Positions 51,316 to 62,135 are shown, numbered from the stretch's first letter. The stretch is DNA of 64,000 nt from an uncultured Chloroflexia bacterium (GCA_963793095.1 CAWBYY010000004.1:195479-259478), one strand, 5' to 3'. Numbers and translations are program-made. Notes: generated by a model not told the origin, from the letters alone.

Positions 51316-51587
51316 CTACAATCTCCAGCTATAGATTTTTTATTGCCCAGGATTATTAAAAGTACTTGAACTATCTTTACGTTTTTCTGTATTATTTATA
51401 TAATGTTCAAATCCAAATCTTATGGTGTGTTATATTTCAAGCGAGATTTGAAAAAGAGAATTTTATTAAAATTTAATAGGAGGTGATAACATCCAGTATT
51501 ATACAATGGTTACCATTTCAAAAACATGACGGCCCAAAAAATTCTTCCTATCAATCAACCAATTAGTAATTCTCAAGGAGGAGAAAT

Positions 51588-53363
51588 ATGTCGCACTTTA
51601 AGCGAATCAGATGGTTACTGTTTATTCTGGTTGTAGTAAGTCTAATTCTGGCTTCCTGCGCACAACCAGCCGCTCCACCCACGGAAGAACCGGCTGCTGA
51701 GGAACCGGCAGCAGAAGAACCAATGGAAGAGGAACCTGTGGCAGAAGAGCCTGTGGAAGAAGAACCAGCAGCCGAGGAACCAGCCGAGGAAGAACCCGTC
51801 GCACCCCCGGAAGATCGTAAAGTCGCCACATTCATTTTCACCCAGGAATTTGACACCCTCAACCCAGCTTATACAAACATGTGGTTTTCTCTGATCACAC
51901 AGCAGTTATGGAACTGCTGGGCATGGACATTTGATGATCAGAATCAACTTATACCGGACCTTGTTGCGGAAATACCCAGTACTGAAAATGGAGGTATTTC
52001 TGAAGATGGAAAAATAATAACATTGACCCTGCGTGATGACATCGTCTGGTCTGATGGCACACCAATTACAGCCGACGATTTTATTTTCACCTATGAAATG
52101 TACATTGATCCAGCCAACACGGTTGCTCAGGTTTCACCTTACGACCAAATTGAAAGCATGGAAGCCCCTGATCCCCAAACAGTTGTGATGAATTTCAGTG
52201 AACCTTATGCTCCCTGGGCAGGATCGCTGTGGAAAGGTATTCTTCCCGCCCATGTATTAAAACCAGTTTTTGAAGCGGAAGGTACAATCGATACCGCAGA
52301 CTGGAGTCGAGAGCCTACTGTAGGTTGTGGTCCCTATGTTTTTGATGAATGGGAATCAGGCAGTTTTACCCGTTTCGTCGCAAACGAGAACTACTGGCTG
52401 GGCAAACCTAACATCGATGAAATATTCATCCGGTTCGTTCCAGATGATGCCTCCCAGGTAGCTGCTCTGATCGCTGGAGATGGCGATTTAGGTACTTTCT
52501 TCGCATATTCCGACATGCCAGCATTGGAAGAAGCTGGGGTGATTCTTTACAAGGTTCCTTCTGGTTATAATGAGGGCTGGTTCTTAAACCTTGGGGAGAA
52601 AGGTCACCCAGCGCTGAAAGATCAAAAAGTTCGCCAGGCGCTGGCTTATGGATTTGACCGGTTCTCGCTGAACAGGGACCTCAACTACGACAAGACTGTC
52701 CCGGCAATCACATACTGGGATAATATGGGTTTCAACGATCCATCACTGACAGAACCCTATCCCTTCGATCCTGCAATGGCAAACCAGCTACTTGATGAAG
52801 CCGGCTGGGTTGACACCAATGGAGACGGAGTCCGTGACAAAGATGGGGTTGAATTGGTTCTGAGATATGGGACTACAACCCGGGAAGTCCGGATCGATAC
52901 CCAGGCGGTAGCCCAGCAGCAGCTTGCGGAAGTAGGAGTCCAGCTGGATCTTTTGAACTTCGAATTAGACATTTTCTTCTCAGGCTACGGCGAGGGTGGG
53001 CCCTGCGCCTCCGGTGAACTCGACATTTGTGAATTCTCTACCAATCCGAATTTCCCGGATCCAGATGCTATGGATTGGCTCTGTAGTGAGATTCCCTCAG
53101 ATGAATCACCGGGCGGCACAAACTGGTCAGCTCTATGTGATGAAGATCTAGATGGGCTGTTCCTGCTGCAGACTACCCAGGTTGATCCTGCTGAGCGCCA
53201 GCAAACATTCAATCAAATTACTAAGTTGATCTTTGACCAGGCATACTGGATTGGCATCTGGCAGGATCCTGACTGGTTTGCTACCAGCGACAAGCTCTCA
53301 GGTGTAAAATTCTCTGGAGCAACTCCCTTCTACAATATCATGGAATGGGAAATGGTAGAATAA
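51588..53363 (+). CDS. ABC transporter substrate-binding lipoprotein, peptide/nickel family (family 5)
   Basis: Lipobox LILASC and an acidic EEPAA linker, then an SBP_bac_5-type body. Confidence 0.85.
   Translation: MSHFKRIRWLLFILVVVSLILASCAQPAAPPTEEPAAEEPAAEEPMEEEPVAEEPVEEEPAAEEPAEEEPVAPPEDRKVATFIFTQEFDTLNPAYTNMWFSLITQQLWNCWAWTFDDQNQLIPDLVAEIPSTENGGISEDGKIITLTLRDDIVWSDGTPITADDFIFTYEMYIDPANTVAQVSPYDQIESMEAPDPQTVVMNFSEPYAPWAGSLWKGILPAHVLKPVFEAEGTIDTADWSREPTVGCGPYVFDEWESGSFTRFVANENYWLGKPNIDEIFIRFVPDDASQVAALIAGDGDLGTFFAYSDMPALEEAGVILYKVPSGYNEGWFLNLGEKGHPALKDQKVRQALAYGFDRFSLNRDLNYDKTVPAITYWDNMGFNDPSLTEPYPFDPAMANQLLDEAGWVDTNGDGVRDKDGVELVLRYGTTTREVRIDTQAVAQQQLAEVGVQLDLLNFELDIFFSGYGEGGPCASGELDICEFSTNPNFPDPDAMDWLCSEIPSDESPGGTNWSALCDEDLDGLFLLQTTQVDPAERQQTFNQITKLIFDQAYWIGIWQDPDWFATSDKLSGVKFSGATPFYNIMEWEMVE
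51667..51815 (+). repeat. Coding acidic (E-E-P-A/V-A)n linker repeat
   Basis: PTEEPAAEEPAAEEPMEEEPVAEEPVEEEPAAEEPAEEEPVAPPE. Confidence 0.85.
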
Positions 53364-53391
53364 CGTCAACCAGTCTTTTCTTATCGAAATT

Positions 53392-53431
53392 GAGCCGGGG
53401 GATTGTAATTCTCCCGGCTCGGTTTTTTTTT
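53392..53431 (+). terminator. Intrinsic terminator/attenuator between the binding-protein and permease genes
   Basis: GAGCCGGG ... CCCGGCTC stem followed by T9. Confidence 0.65.
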
Positions 53432-53502
53432 CTGAATTTTTACTCAAATTTTTTCAACAGAAATATTTTGAAAACGGCATGGCTGAGTAGAAGGAGTAAT
53501 AG

Positions 53503-54537
53503 ATGACCCGATATATCATTCGACGTCTGCTTCAGGGAATCCCCCTTCTATTTATTATCAGTGTTATTTTGTTCTTTTTAATGCAAAACCTGGGTGACCC
53601 TGTCGCAACCATGGGCGGTAGGAATGTTACCCGGTCACAGGATAGAGAACGTCTTACCCGCCAGCTTGGCCTGGATAAACCAATATACGTGCAGTATATT
53701 TACTGGTTAATCGGAAATGATTGGACCAAATCTGATATGGATGGCGATGGAATCCCGGAGACCCAGGGAAGACGCAAAGGCGTATTTCGGGGAGATTTTG
53801 GTACCTCGCTGGTCAATCGCGGCCGTCCGGTAACCGAAGTTATCTGGGACCGGCTGCCTAATACACTCCTGCTTATGCTGACTGCTGAAGCAGTGATTAT
53901 ATTCGGAGCGGTACTCATCGGAATTTATTCAGCCCTTCACCAGTACTCTCTGGTTGATAACACTGTTACAGCCTTAACCTTCGCTTTATATTCCATGCCA
54001 GTTTTCTTCTTTGGACTGCTTGGGATGTATATTTTTGCTGTCAACTTCAAACAATTTGGTTTGCCCTATCTGCCCACAGTGGGGATGTTCGAACCGGAAG
54101 CTGGAAAAACTACCTCCCAGATTGCATGGCACATGATACTGCCTGTTGCCACGCTGGCATTCCCATTTTTCGCCACTTACAGCCGTTATACCCGCAGTTC
54201 AATGCTGGAAGTCCTCAGCCAGGATTATATCCGTACGGCTAAATCAAAAGGTCTGCCGCGCCGGGAAGTGATATTCGTGCACGGTTTGAAAAACGCCGCT
54301 TTACCTCTGGTTACATTGATAGGGCTTGACCTGCCAATATTATTGGGCGGCGCGATCGTCACCGAAAGGATATTCGCCTGGCCAGGCATGGGTCGTTTGT
54401 TCCTGGATCACCTTTCCAGGTCAGATACTCCGGTCGTAATGGGAATATTAATGCTGATTGCAGCGGCGGTGATCGTTTTTCAAATTATTACCGATATAAC
54501 TTATGCCTGGCTAGATCCCCGTATTCGATATGATTGA
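53503..54537 (+). CDS. Peptide ABC transporter permease (DppB/OppB-like)
   Basis: YIRTAKSKGL EAA loop; multi-pass. Confidence 0.85.
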   Translation: MTRYIIRRLLQGIPLLFIISVILFFLMQNLGDPVATMGGRNVTRSQDRERLTRQLGLDKPIYVQYIYWLIGNDWTKSDMDGDGIPETQGRRKGVFRGDFGTSLVNRGRPVTEVIWDRLPNTLLLMLTAEAVIIFGAVLIGIYSALHQYSLVDNTVTALTFALYSMPVFFFGLLGMYIFAVNFKQFGLPYLPTVGMFEPEAGKTTSQIAWHMILPVATLAFPFFATYSRYTRSSMLEVLSQDYIRTAKSKGLPRREVIFVHGLKNAALPLVTLIGLDLPILLGGAIVTERIFAWPGMGRLFLDHLSRSDTPVVMGILMLIAAAVIVFQIITDITYAWLDPRIRYD

Positions 54538-54549
54538 TCGGAGTTGAAA

Positions 54550-55497
54550 ATGGAAACCACACCCGACGCAATCCCTCTTTTGATACATGATGAACTTGAA
54601 ACACCACCGCTGTCTCTCTGGCAGCTTGCCTGGCGCAGATTCAAACGCCACAGGATGGCTATTTTCGGGACTATATGCCTGCTGGGAATTTGTGCTTACT
54701 CACTCGGCGGCGCACTTTTTTATTCTGAAGCCTATGCAAACTACACCGAGACAGGCCTCAGGTTGAATAGCCCATCCGCTGCGCATCCATTCGGCACTGA
54801 TACGGTTGGCAGGGATATCCTTGCCCGCACGATTTATGGCGGTCAAATTTCATTGTTGATCGGGGTTACTGCAATGCTGGTGATGGTGATTATTGGTGTT
54901 CTGATTGGTGCTGTATCTGGCTATTTTGGAGGTAAGATCGACAGCCTGCTGATGCGGTTTACCGAGGCGGTATTAATCATTCCCCAAATATTCCTGCTTC
55001 TGGTGATAGCAAAATTCTTCAGTGGAACAATTCCTGATATCACCCTGCTGGGACGTACTTTCAGCGGGAGTGTGGTTGTGATCGTTTTGATCATTGGCGC
55101 TACAAGCTGGCCTTACCTGGCGCGTATTGTCCGGGCGGAGTTCCTATCCTTAAAAGAAAATGAATTTATCCTCGCCGCTCGCTCCACCGGAACTCCAACA
55201 AACCAGATAATTTTCAAACACATTCTTCCTAACTGCATGGCTCCAATCATTGTAGCTGCTACGCTTGGCGTTGCTAATGCAATAACACTCGAAGCATATA
55301 TCAGTTTTCTCGGTCTTGGGGTTAAACCTCCCACAGCTACCTGGGGAAATATGCTGGATGGAGCCCATAATTATATCGAAACCGCTTACTGGTTGTGGCT
55401 CTTCCCGGGATTATTAATAACTTTGATTGTTCTCAGCATCAACTTTATCGGCGACGGTCTTCGTGATGCGCTTGACCCGCGCAGTCGTTCAGTATAG
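54550..55497 (+). CDS. Peptide ABC transporter permease (DppC/OppC-like)
   Basis: PFGTDTVGRDILAR motif and EAA loop (FILAARSTG). ATG at 54550 preferred over TTG at 54544. Confidence 0.85.
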   Translation: METTPDAIPLLIHDELETPPLSLWQLAWRRFKRHRMAIFGTICLLGICAYSLGGALFYSEAYANYTETGLRLNSPSAAHPFGTDTVGRDILARTIYGGQISLLIGVTAMLVMVIIGVLIGAVSGYFGGKIDSLLMRFTEAVLIIPQIFLLLVIAKFFSGTIPDITLLGRTFSGSVVVIVLIIGATSWPYLARIVRAEFLSLKENEFILAARSTGTPTNQIIFKHILPNCMAPIIVAATLGVANAITLEAYISFLGLGVKPPTATWGNMLDGAHNYIETAYWLWLFPGLLITLIVLSINFIGDGLRDALDPRSRSV

Positions 55498-55513
55498 TAA
55501 ATTCGAGATTAGC

Positions 55514-56501
55514 ATGGGACATTTACTCAAGGTTGATAATCTGGTCACCAAATTTCACACCCCTGAGGGAATTGTGCACGCTGTTAATGGAGTTTCTTTT
55601 CATGTTGATGATGGCGAAACGCTGGCTGTAGTTGGAGAGAGTGCCTGCGGTAAAACCGTGACGATGTTATCGATCCTCGGTTTAATCCCAATCCCTCCCG
55701 GTGAAATTTCCTCCGGATCCGCTCTTTACACCAACCGGGATTTGCTGCAGTTATCAGAAGAGGAGATTAGAGTCAATTCGTGGCCGCGAGATAGCCATGA
55801 TTTTTCAGGATTCAATGACCTCATTGAATCCTGTGTTAACAATTGGCCGGCAGATGACCGAGTCCCTGATCGTCCACCTGGGCTTCAGCCACGAAAAAGC
55901 TGTTGAGCGGGCAATTGAGATGCTGACTGCAGTCGGCATACCAGATGCAAAAAACCGCCTTGGCGAATACCCGCACCAATTCTCGGGAGGCATGCGCCAG
56001 CGTGTTATGATCGCAATGGCATTAAGCTGCGCACCCAGTCTGGTCATAGCAGATGAGCCCACAACCGCACTGGATGTTACCATTCAATCTCAAATCGTTG
56101 AACTGGTTATCCGGTTTCAGGAAGAATTGGGGATGTCTTTAATTTGGATAACCCACGATCTTGGTGTGGTCGCCGGTGTAGCGGATAGAGTGATCGTAAT
56201 GTACTCGGGAATTATCCTTGAAGAAGCTGTTGTGGATGAATTATACGAAGCTCCCCTGCATCCATACACCAATGCTCTCCTGGCTGCCCTTCCTCGCATT
56301 GATCAAGAGACCCACGAACCTCTCCTCTCGATCCCAGGCGCACCTCCAAACCTGCTTATTAAACCGAAATACTGTCCATTTGCACCGCGTTGTAAATACG
56401 TTCGAGATATTTGCCGGCAGAGCATCCCCCCATTGGAAATGGTAGACGTTAATCACCAAGTTGCTTGCTGGGTAAATATTGAAACAGGTGAACTTAGATG
56501 A
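55514..56501 (+). pseudogene. Peptide ABC transporter ATP-binding protein (DppD/OppD-like) with one frameshift as sequenced
   Basis: Walker A GESACGKT. The frames join as LSEEEIRVIRGREIAMIFQD if one A is removed from GTCAATTCG near 55775. FSGGMRQR, IADEPTTALD. Confidence 0.8.
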
Positions 56502-57484
56502 ACGAAAATAATCCGATTGTCAGGGTCGAGAAATTGAAAAAACACTTCCCGATAATTAAGGGATTGGTTTTTGATAAACAGGTCGGCGCTGTAAAAGCAG
56601 TTGACGGGGTAACTTTCGATATATACCCCGGTGAAACACTTGGATTGGTTGGCGAAAGCGGTTGTGGCAAGACAACTGTAGGAAGGACAATGCTCGGTTT
56701 ATATCCGCCCACTGCGGGAAAGGTAATCATTGATGGCCATGATATCCAGAATAGTGCTTCTGATAATATCATGGCCATCAGAAGAAAAGCTCAGATGATC
56801 TTCCAGGATCCTTACGCATCCCTGAATCCGCGCTGGACAGTAAATTCGATAGTCAGCGAACCTATGCGCGTTCATAAACTTTATCCGGACAAGAATGAAA
56901 GGACAGAAAAAGTAAAGGAACTGCTGTCCCTGGTGGGATTAAGCAGCCGTCTGGTTAACCGCTTCCCGCATGAATTTTCTGGCGGCCAGCGCCAGAGGAT
57001 CGGCATTGCCAGGGCGCTCGCTTCGGAACCGGATTTTATCGTCTGTGATGAACCAATCTCCGCCCTGGATGTTTCTATCCAGGCTCAGGTGGTCAATTTG
57101 CTTGAGCATTTGCAGGACCGCTTCAACCTTTCTTATTTATTTATAGCTCACGATCTGAGCATGGTGCGCCATATCTGTGATCGGGTGGCGGTAATGTACC
57201 TGGGGGTCATTGTCGAACTTGCCGACCGGAACAGACAGTATGGTAATCCCCTTCACCCTTACTCGAAAGCACTAGTCTCCGCAGTGCCAATCCCGGACCC
57301 CAAAAAAGATCGCGCCAGAAAACGAATTGTACTCAGCGGGGAAATACCCAGCCCAATTAATCCCCCTTCAGGATGCCGCTTTCACCCGCGCTGCCCAATC
57401 GCGATGGAAATTTGTTCACAGGAAATTCCGAAATGGCGTGAGGTTACAAGCGACCACTGGGTTGCCTGCCATGCGGTTGAATAA
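56498..57484 (+). CDS. Peptide ABC transporter ATP-binding protein (DppF/OppF-like)
   Basis: GESGCGKTT, FSGGQRQRIGIARAL, CDEPISALD and a C-terminal oligopeptide-type Cys motif. Confidence 0.85.
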   Translation: MNENNPIVRVEKLKKHFPIIKGLVFDKQVGAVKAVDGVTFDIYPGETLGLVGESGCGKTTVGRTMLGLYPPTAGKVIIDGHDIQNSASDNIMAIRRKAQMIFQDPYASLNPRWTVNSIVSEPMRVHKLYPDKNERTEKVKELLSLVGLSSRLVNRFPHEFSGGQRQRIGIARALASEPDFIVCDEPISALDVSIQAQVVNLLEHLQDRFNLSYLFIAHDLSMVRHICDRVAVMYLGVIVELADRNRQYGNPLHPYSKALVSAVPIPDPKKDRARKRIVLSGEIPSPINPPSGCRFHPRCPIAMEICSQEIPKWREVTSDHWVACHAVE

Positions 57485-57523
57485 CAATAATAAAGTTATT
57501 AAATATTTTCCAAAATTCCCAAA

Positions 57524-58264
57524 TTATTTAAACATATTCACTAATTTCACCCCCGCTCTGTGAACCTGGCGGAAATTTCCTCCCTGAGAAATAACCCGGA
57601 TGACTGCTTGAATGTTTTCAACCAGTGCGCCAGAAATAACATCGACGCCGTAATCAAATAACACCGGACTCAACGGAGCGCTGGGTCCTAATACCATTAC
57701 AAAAGCCTCAGGTGGACACAATCCCAGCAGGTTATCGAAGGTATTATTGATCAATGCCATTCCGGTTATTGCGACCACATCCGCCTGTGGGATGATTTCA
57801 ACCGCTTTTTCAGGTGGATAATCTCCTGGCTCAGGATTCTGGTCAATCACTGCCAGTTCCCCAACTTGTGTTTTCAACCGATTTGAAAATGGGAATCTCC
57901 CAATAAGGGCAATTTTTTTATCTTTTCCACGTTCAGCTAAAACTTCAGCTGCGTTTGATTCTTCAAACTTCTGGATATCAGGAGTGATAGAGGCGTTCAG
58001 CGCTGCGATCCCAACACTTCGTAGAGTAGGGTTGTCAGATAATGAAAATTGAGCAAGCTCTATGTTTGAAAAATCTTCAAAATTTCCCGCCGGTTCGATT
58101 CTGGGTTCCTCTGAATGTTTATGGCTCTGGATTAATGTTGAAGCAATTCCACATTGTTCAACACCATCACGGGTGACTTCTACCGCAGTCCAGTTCAACC
58201 CGATACAGACTCTTAATACTTCGGAAGGTTGTATTGTCTCCAGTAAATCAGTTAATATTTTCAT
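57524..58264 (-). CDS. DUF364/DUF4213-like Rossmann-type protein (putative heavy-metal chelation domain)
   Basis: MKILTDLLE...CIGLNWTAVEV N-terminus and a Rossmann-like C-terminal half. The family call is from memory. Confidence 0.5.
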   Translation of the reverse strand: MKILTDLLETIQPSEVLRVCIGLNWTAVEVTRDGVEQCGIASTLIQSHKHSEEPRIEPAGNFEDFSNIELAQFSLSDNPTLRSVGIAALNASITPDIQKFEESNAAEVLAERGKDKKIALIGRFPFSNRLKTQVGELAVIDQNPEPGDYPPEKAVEIIPQADVVAITGMALINNTFDNLLGLCPPEAFVMVLGPSAPLSPVLFDYGVDVISGALVENIQAVIRVISQGGNFRQVHRAGVKLVNMFK

Positions 58265-58497
58265 GATAATTTATTTTACTTTGAATTCTTAATTTTAGAT
58301 TTCATCGATAATTTAAAATTCAAATCAAATTTATCAGCTTGAACAACCCTTATTTTCTATATTCAGTAACAGAAAAATGTATTCTTTTGACCAGCCCTGA
58401 TTATTAAAAAAACCAACAAGTCAATAAAATTAAGATAAAATAAGTTTCAATAATCAGAAACGGTGTAACGATTTAAGAAAACAAAAAGGAGTGAGTA

Positions 58498-59298
58498 ATG
58501 AGAAAGTATATGTGGGTGTTTGCTCTATTAACTTTGGCGAGTGTTTTATTTGCTGCTTGTGCACCGCCGGCTACTGAGGTACCTGCTGGAGGTGAAACTG
58601 CATTGGGACTCCCAGACCTTGGTGGAAATACCGTGACAGTAGCCATAGAAAACGCTTACCCGCCATTCAATTACATCGATGAAGAAACAGGCGATGGTGT
58701 TGGGTGGGATTATGACGTTGTCAGTGAGATTTGTAATCGTCTTAACTGTGTACCTGAATTTAAAGAGTCATCGTGGGATGGCATCTTCCCCGCTATGGAA
58801 GCTGGTGAATATGATTGGTTAGCTGACGGCGTTACTGTCACCGCCGAACGCGATAAGATCATCGATTATTCTATTCCATACGTCACCATTGGTCAGGTTT
58901 TGCTGGTTCAGGAGGGTGAAACCAGATCTGTAGAAGATATGCAAGGGGATAGCGCAGCATTGATCGGAACCCAAATAGGAACTACCAATGAAATCGTTGC
59001 CAAGGAAACTTTCCCCGACAAGGAACTCAAATTGTTTGAAGATTTTCCTGCTGCAACCTTAGCCTTAATGGCTGGTGACGTGGATGGAATAGTGATAGAT
59101 ACAGTATCTGCAGTTGGTTTTATGGATGCAAACCCGGGTGAAATGGCGATTGCTGGTCAAATTACATCTGATGAATTACTTGCCTTTGTTTTCCCACCAG
59201 GAAGTGATCTCCAACATGCAGTCAACTATGCACTTGTATCCATGAAAGAAGATGGTACGCTTGCTGAATTTAATAAAAAGTGGAAACTTGAAGAGTAA
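58498..59298 (+). CDS. Amino acid ABC transporter substrate-binding lipoprotein (family 3)
   Basis: Lipobox LFAAC; PBP type 2 motifs (YPPFNY, GFDYD-like WDYDV, GTTN). Confidence 0.8.
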   Translation: MRKYMWVFALLTLASVLFAACAPPATEVPAGGETALGLPDLGGNTVTVAIENAYPPFNYIDEETGDGVGWDYDVVSEICNRLNCVPEFKESSWDGIFPAMEAGEYDWLADGVTVTAERDKIIDYSIPYVTIGQVLLVQEGETRSVEDMQGDSAALIGTQIGTTNEIVAKETFPDKELKLFEDFPAATLALMAGDVDGIVIDTVSAVGFMDANPGEMAIAGQITSDELLAFVFPPGSDLQHAVNYALVSMKEDGTLAEFNKKWKLEE

Positions 59299-59377
59299 AG
59301 AATTATCCTTGAGCCGTTTCTGAGAAATTAAAAGTACAGAACAGTTATTTAAACTAAACAGTACTGAGATTTCAATT

Positions 59378-59411
59378 CCTCCCGCAGAGAAAATACATCT
59401 CCTGCGGGAGG
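59378..59411 (+). promoter_or_regulatory. Intergenic 10-bp stem hairpin (CCTCCCGCAG / CTGCGGGAGG) without a T-run
   Basis: Lies between the binding-protein and permease genes. Likely an mRNA stability or processing element. Confidence 0.4.
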
Positions 59412-59448
59412 ATAATGAATATCTAATTGATTAATTACGGGTTAATTT

Positions 59449-60318
59449 ATGGAGACTACACGAAAAACAGGGGAACCATCAATCCCAAGACCGCTTGATA
59501 TTCAACTTTCAAAACTACCCTGGTGGATATTAATTATTATTGCAACCGGCATATTAATTATCTGGTTTATTTTTACAGATGCAAATTATTATGAAACATT
59601 CAAATTCTTGCTGGTAGGTGTAAAAACAACATTACGCATCACTCTGATCGCGTTTCCCATTTCGATTGTGATCGGATTAATCACCGGTCTGATGCGATTA
59701 TCGAAGAACACATTTTTATACACCATATCAACATTGTACGTGGAAATTATACGCGGAATTCCAATGGTGGTGCTTCTGCTTATGGTTGCTTTTGCGTTTA
59801 TTCCAATAATTGTCGAACTTATAAACAATCTCGGGGAATGGGGACTTTATTTTTTTGATAGCTCTATACTTTATAACATTTCATATCGTATGGCAGAATT
59901 CAGTATCCGGACGATCCCGATGGAACTGCGGGCAATCATCGCATTGGCGATAGGTTATGGCGCTTTTGAGGCTGAAGTTTTTCGGGCTGGCATACAATCC
60001 ATCAGCAAGGGGCAGATTGAAGCATCCCGCTCTCTGGGTATGAGTTATTTCCAATCAATGAGGTATATAATTCTTCCGCAAGCAGTTCGAAGGGTACTGC
60101 CTCCCTTAGGTAATGATTTTATAGCGCTCCTGAAGGACTCATCCCTGGCAACAGTCCTTGCGGTTGCAGAACTGACCCAGCTCACCAGGATCAGAAAGGC
60201 GAGCACATTCCGGGTGATGGAAACGTTTTTCGTCGCTGCTTTTCTTTATTTATCTCTGACATTAATTCTTTCAGCGGCTGTCCGCTTTTTAGAAAAAAGA
60301 ATGAAAATTGTAGAATAA
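59449..60318 (+). CDS. Amino acid ABC transporter permease (His/Glu/Gln/Arg/opine family)
   Basis: EASRSLGMSYFQSMRYIILPQA EAA loop. No cognate ATPase gene follows it. Confidence 0.8.
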   Translation: METTRKTGEPSIPRPLDIQLSKLPWWILIIIATGILIIWFIFTDANYYETFKFLLVGVKTTLRITLIAFPISIVIGLITGLMRLSKNTFLYTISTLYVEIIRGIPMVVLLLMVAFAFIPIIVELINNLGEWGLYFFDSSILYNISYRMAEFSIRTIPMELRAIIALAIGYGAFEAEVFRAGIQSISKGQIEASRSLGMSYFQSMRYIILPQAVRRVLPPLGNDFIALLKDSSLATVLAVAELTQLTRIRKASTFRVMETFFVAAFLYLSLTLILSAAVRFLEKRMKIVE

Positions 60319-60341
60319 AAAACCCTGGAGTTCATCCAGGG
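60316..60341 (-). terminator. Intrinsic terminator downstream of tRNA-Leu; may also stop the convergent permease transcript
   Basis: CCCTGGA-GTTCA-TCCAGGG hairpin. On the minus strand it is followed by TTTTTTA. Confidence 0.5.
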
Positions 60342-60347
60342 CTGTAA

Positions 60348-60429
60348 TGCGCTGGGAGGGAGTTGAACCCTCACGCCTTGCGGCACATGGCCCTCAACCA
60401 TGCCTGTCTGCCAATTCCAGCACCAGCGC
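60348..60429 (-). tRNA. tRNA-Leu, anticodon GAG
   Basis: Hand-folded cloverleaf: acceptor GCGCTGG/CCAGCGC, anticodon stem CATGG/CCATG with loop TTGAGGG, a 13-nt variable arm, T-arm GAGGG-TTCAACT-CCCTC, discriminator A. CCA is not encoded. Confidence 0.9.
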
Positions 60430-60498
60430 ATATACTCCGGTATTATAATCTGCCCTTGATCATTGTCAAGAATACCCAATTTTCCATAAGGAGACGCC

Positions 60499-61530
60499 AT
60501 GCGAATTGCCCTGGATGCAATGGGAAGCGACGACTGCCCCCTGCCTGAGATTCAGGGAGCCATACAGGCTGCCCAGCAGTTTGAGGATGAAATACTATTA
60601 ATCGGCCCCGAAGAATTGATCCGCACAGGATTGCCTGACAGGCAGTTGGAAGGCTTACCAATCCAGATCATACATGCATCCGACGCGATTACAATGGAGG
60701 ACAAAGGTCTCCAGCTGGCATTAAAAGCAAAACGCAGGGAAGCCCAAACAACAATGGCGGTCGGTATGGATATGCTCAAAACCGGTCAGGCGGATGTTTT
60801 TATCACCGCCGGAAATACAGGTGGGGCGCTCGCGACCGCCTTTTTCCGGCTTGGCACCATTCCTGGAGTCGAACGGCCTGCTCTGACCGCTTTATTTCCG
60901 GTTATGGGTGGTCACTGTACGGTCCTGGATATCGGTGCAAACCCGGATTGCGAACCGGAACATATCGTCCAGTTTGCAATTATGGGATCAGTGTACGCCA
61001 ACAAAGTTCTGGATATCCGGGATCCTAAAGTTGGACTTTTGGCTAACGCTGAAGAAAAGGGTAAAGGCAATGAACTTGTCAGAGCTGCTTTTCCCTTATT
61101 GGAAAACAGTGACATCAATTTTGTCGGTAACATTGAGGGAAAAGAATTATTCGGGGGTAAGGTAGATGTTGTAGTTACAGATGGTTTCACCGGGAATGTG
61201 GTCCTGAAAATCAGCGAGGCTGTTGCGAAAATGTTTGCCGATATTCTCCGAATGGAATTAACCAGCAGTTTCAGGACCAAAATTGGGGCTCTGCTGGCTA
61301 AACCGGCATTTGACCAGATTAAAAAAACCCTGGATCCCTCCGAAATTGGAGCCGCGCCGCTGTTGGGAATTAATGGCTTGGTCTTTATCGGTCATGGCCG
61401 GTCGAATCAACGTGCAATCGTCAGTGCAGTCAGGTCTGCCCGCCAGGCGGTCAAATCAAATTTGCTGGTTGAGATCAACGACGCCATTCAAAATAGGGTT
61501 GGAAACCAGGGAGCAAGAAATAACAGATGA
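60499..61530 (+). CDS. plsX: Phosphate acyltransferase PlsX
   Basis: MRIALDAMGSD N-terminus, TAGNTGA-like motif (AGNTGGA) and DGFTGNV. Confidence 0.9.
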   Translation: MRIALDAMGSDDCPLPEIQGAIQAAQQFEDEILLIGPEELIRTGLPDRQLEGLPIQIIHASDAITMEDKGLQLALKAKRREAQTTMAVGMDMLKTGQADVFITAGNTGGALATAFFRLGTIPGVERPALTALFPVMGGHCTVLDIGANPDCEPEHIVQFAIMGSVYANKVLDIRDPKVGLLANAEEKGKGNELVRAAFPLLENSDINFVGNIEGKELFGGKVDVVVTDGFTGNVVLKISEAVAKMFADILRMELTSSFRTKIGALLAKPAFDQIKKTLDPSEIGAAPLLGINGLVFIGHGRSNQRAIVSAVRSARQAVKSNLLVEINDAIQNRVGNQGARNNR

Positions 61531-62135
61531 ATATTTATCGCAATGAAAGCTTAATCAAGCGAAATGCAAAAATCGCCCAGTTCACGTTATTTGGTGGGTT
61601 ATTAGTGCTTGCAGGTGGGATGTACCTCTCTTTTCGTTATCCAGACCAGTTCTATTATTCACTTTTAGCTCTGGTGTTTGGTTTTATTCTCTCACAAATT
61701 GGAATTTATTTCAGCAATCGCTGGTCAAGAAAACCCCGACCGGATGAAATTTTGGATCAAGCCCTTAAAGGTCTTGATGATAAATACTATCTTTACCATT
61801 TCCTTTCACCAGTTTCACATTTATTGATCGGACCATGTGGAGTCTGGAATTTGCGTACATATCATCAAAAAGGTTTGATAACTTACCGGGATGGTCGCTG
61901 GCGACAAAAGGGCGGCAGCTTATACATGAAAATATTTGCCCAGGAAAGCCTGGGCAGACCGGAACTTGAAATCCAGGCAGATGAAACTCGTTTATCAAAA
62001 TTTTTAGCTGAAAATTTTAAAGATAACTCTGTTCCGGAGATCTTCTCATCGCTTGTTTTCACGAATTCGGCTGTCCAGATTGAGCTTTCTGAAAACGAAC
62101 CTCCCCCGCCGAGACTGTTTACGTGGCGAAATTGA
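61527..62135 (+). CDS. Two-TM membrane protein with a NERD-like domain; the 3' end is probably frameshifted
   Basis: The YYLYHFLSPVSHLLIGPCGVWNL pattern resembles NERD. After a C5 run near 62100, other frames read TVYVAKLKD and VRKFAKSKTLSVEKIDQIVNILQK-stop (about 62216). Confidence 0.45.
   Translation: MNIYRNESLIKRNAKIAQFTLFGGLLVLAGGMYLSFRYPDQFYYSLLALVFGFILSQIGIYFSNRWSRKPRPDEILDQALKGLDDKYYLYHFLSPVSHLLIGPCGVWNLRTYHQKGLITYRDGRWRQKGGSLYMKIFAQESLGRPELEIQADETRLSKFLAENFKDNSVPEIFSSLVFTNSAVQIELSENEPPPPRLFTWRN

Noticed and set aside
51563-51862. Minus-strand ORF encoding a Ser/Gly/Ala repeat (SSAGSSAAGSS...).
   Set aside because: It is the reverse complement of the EEPAA acidic linker of the binding-protein gene, so it is an artefact of the repeat.
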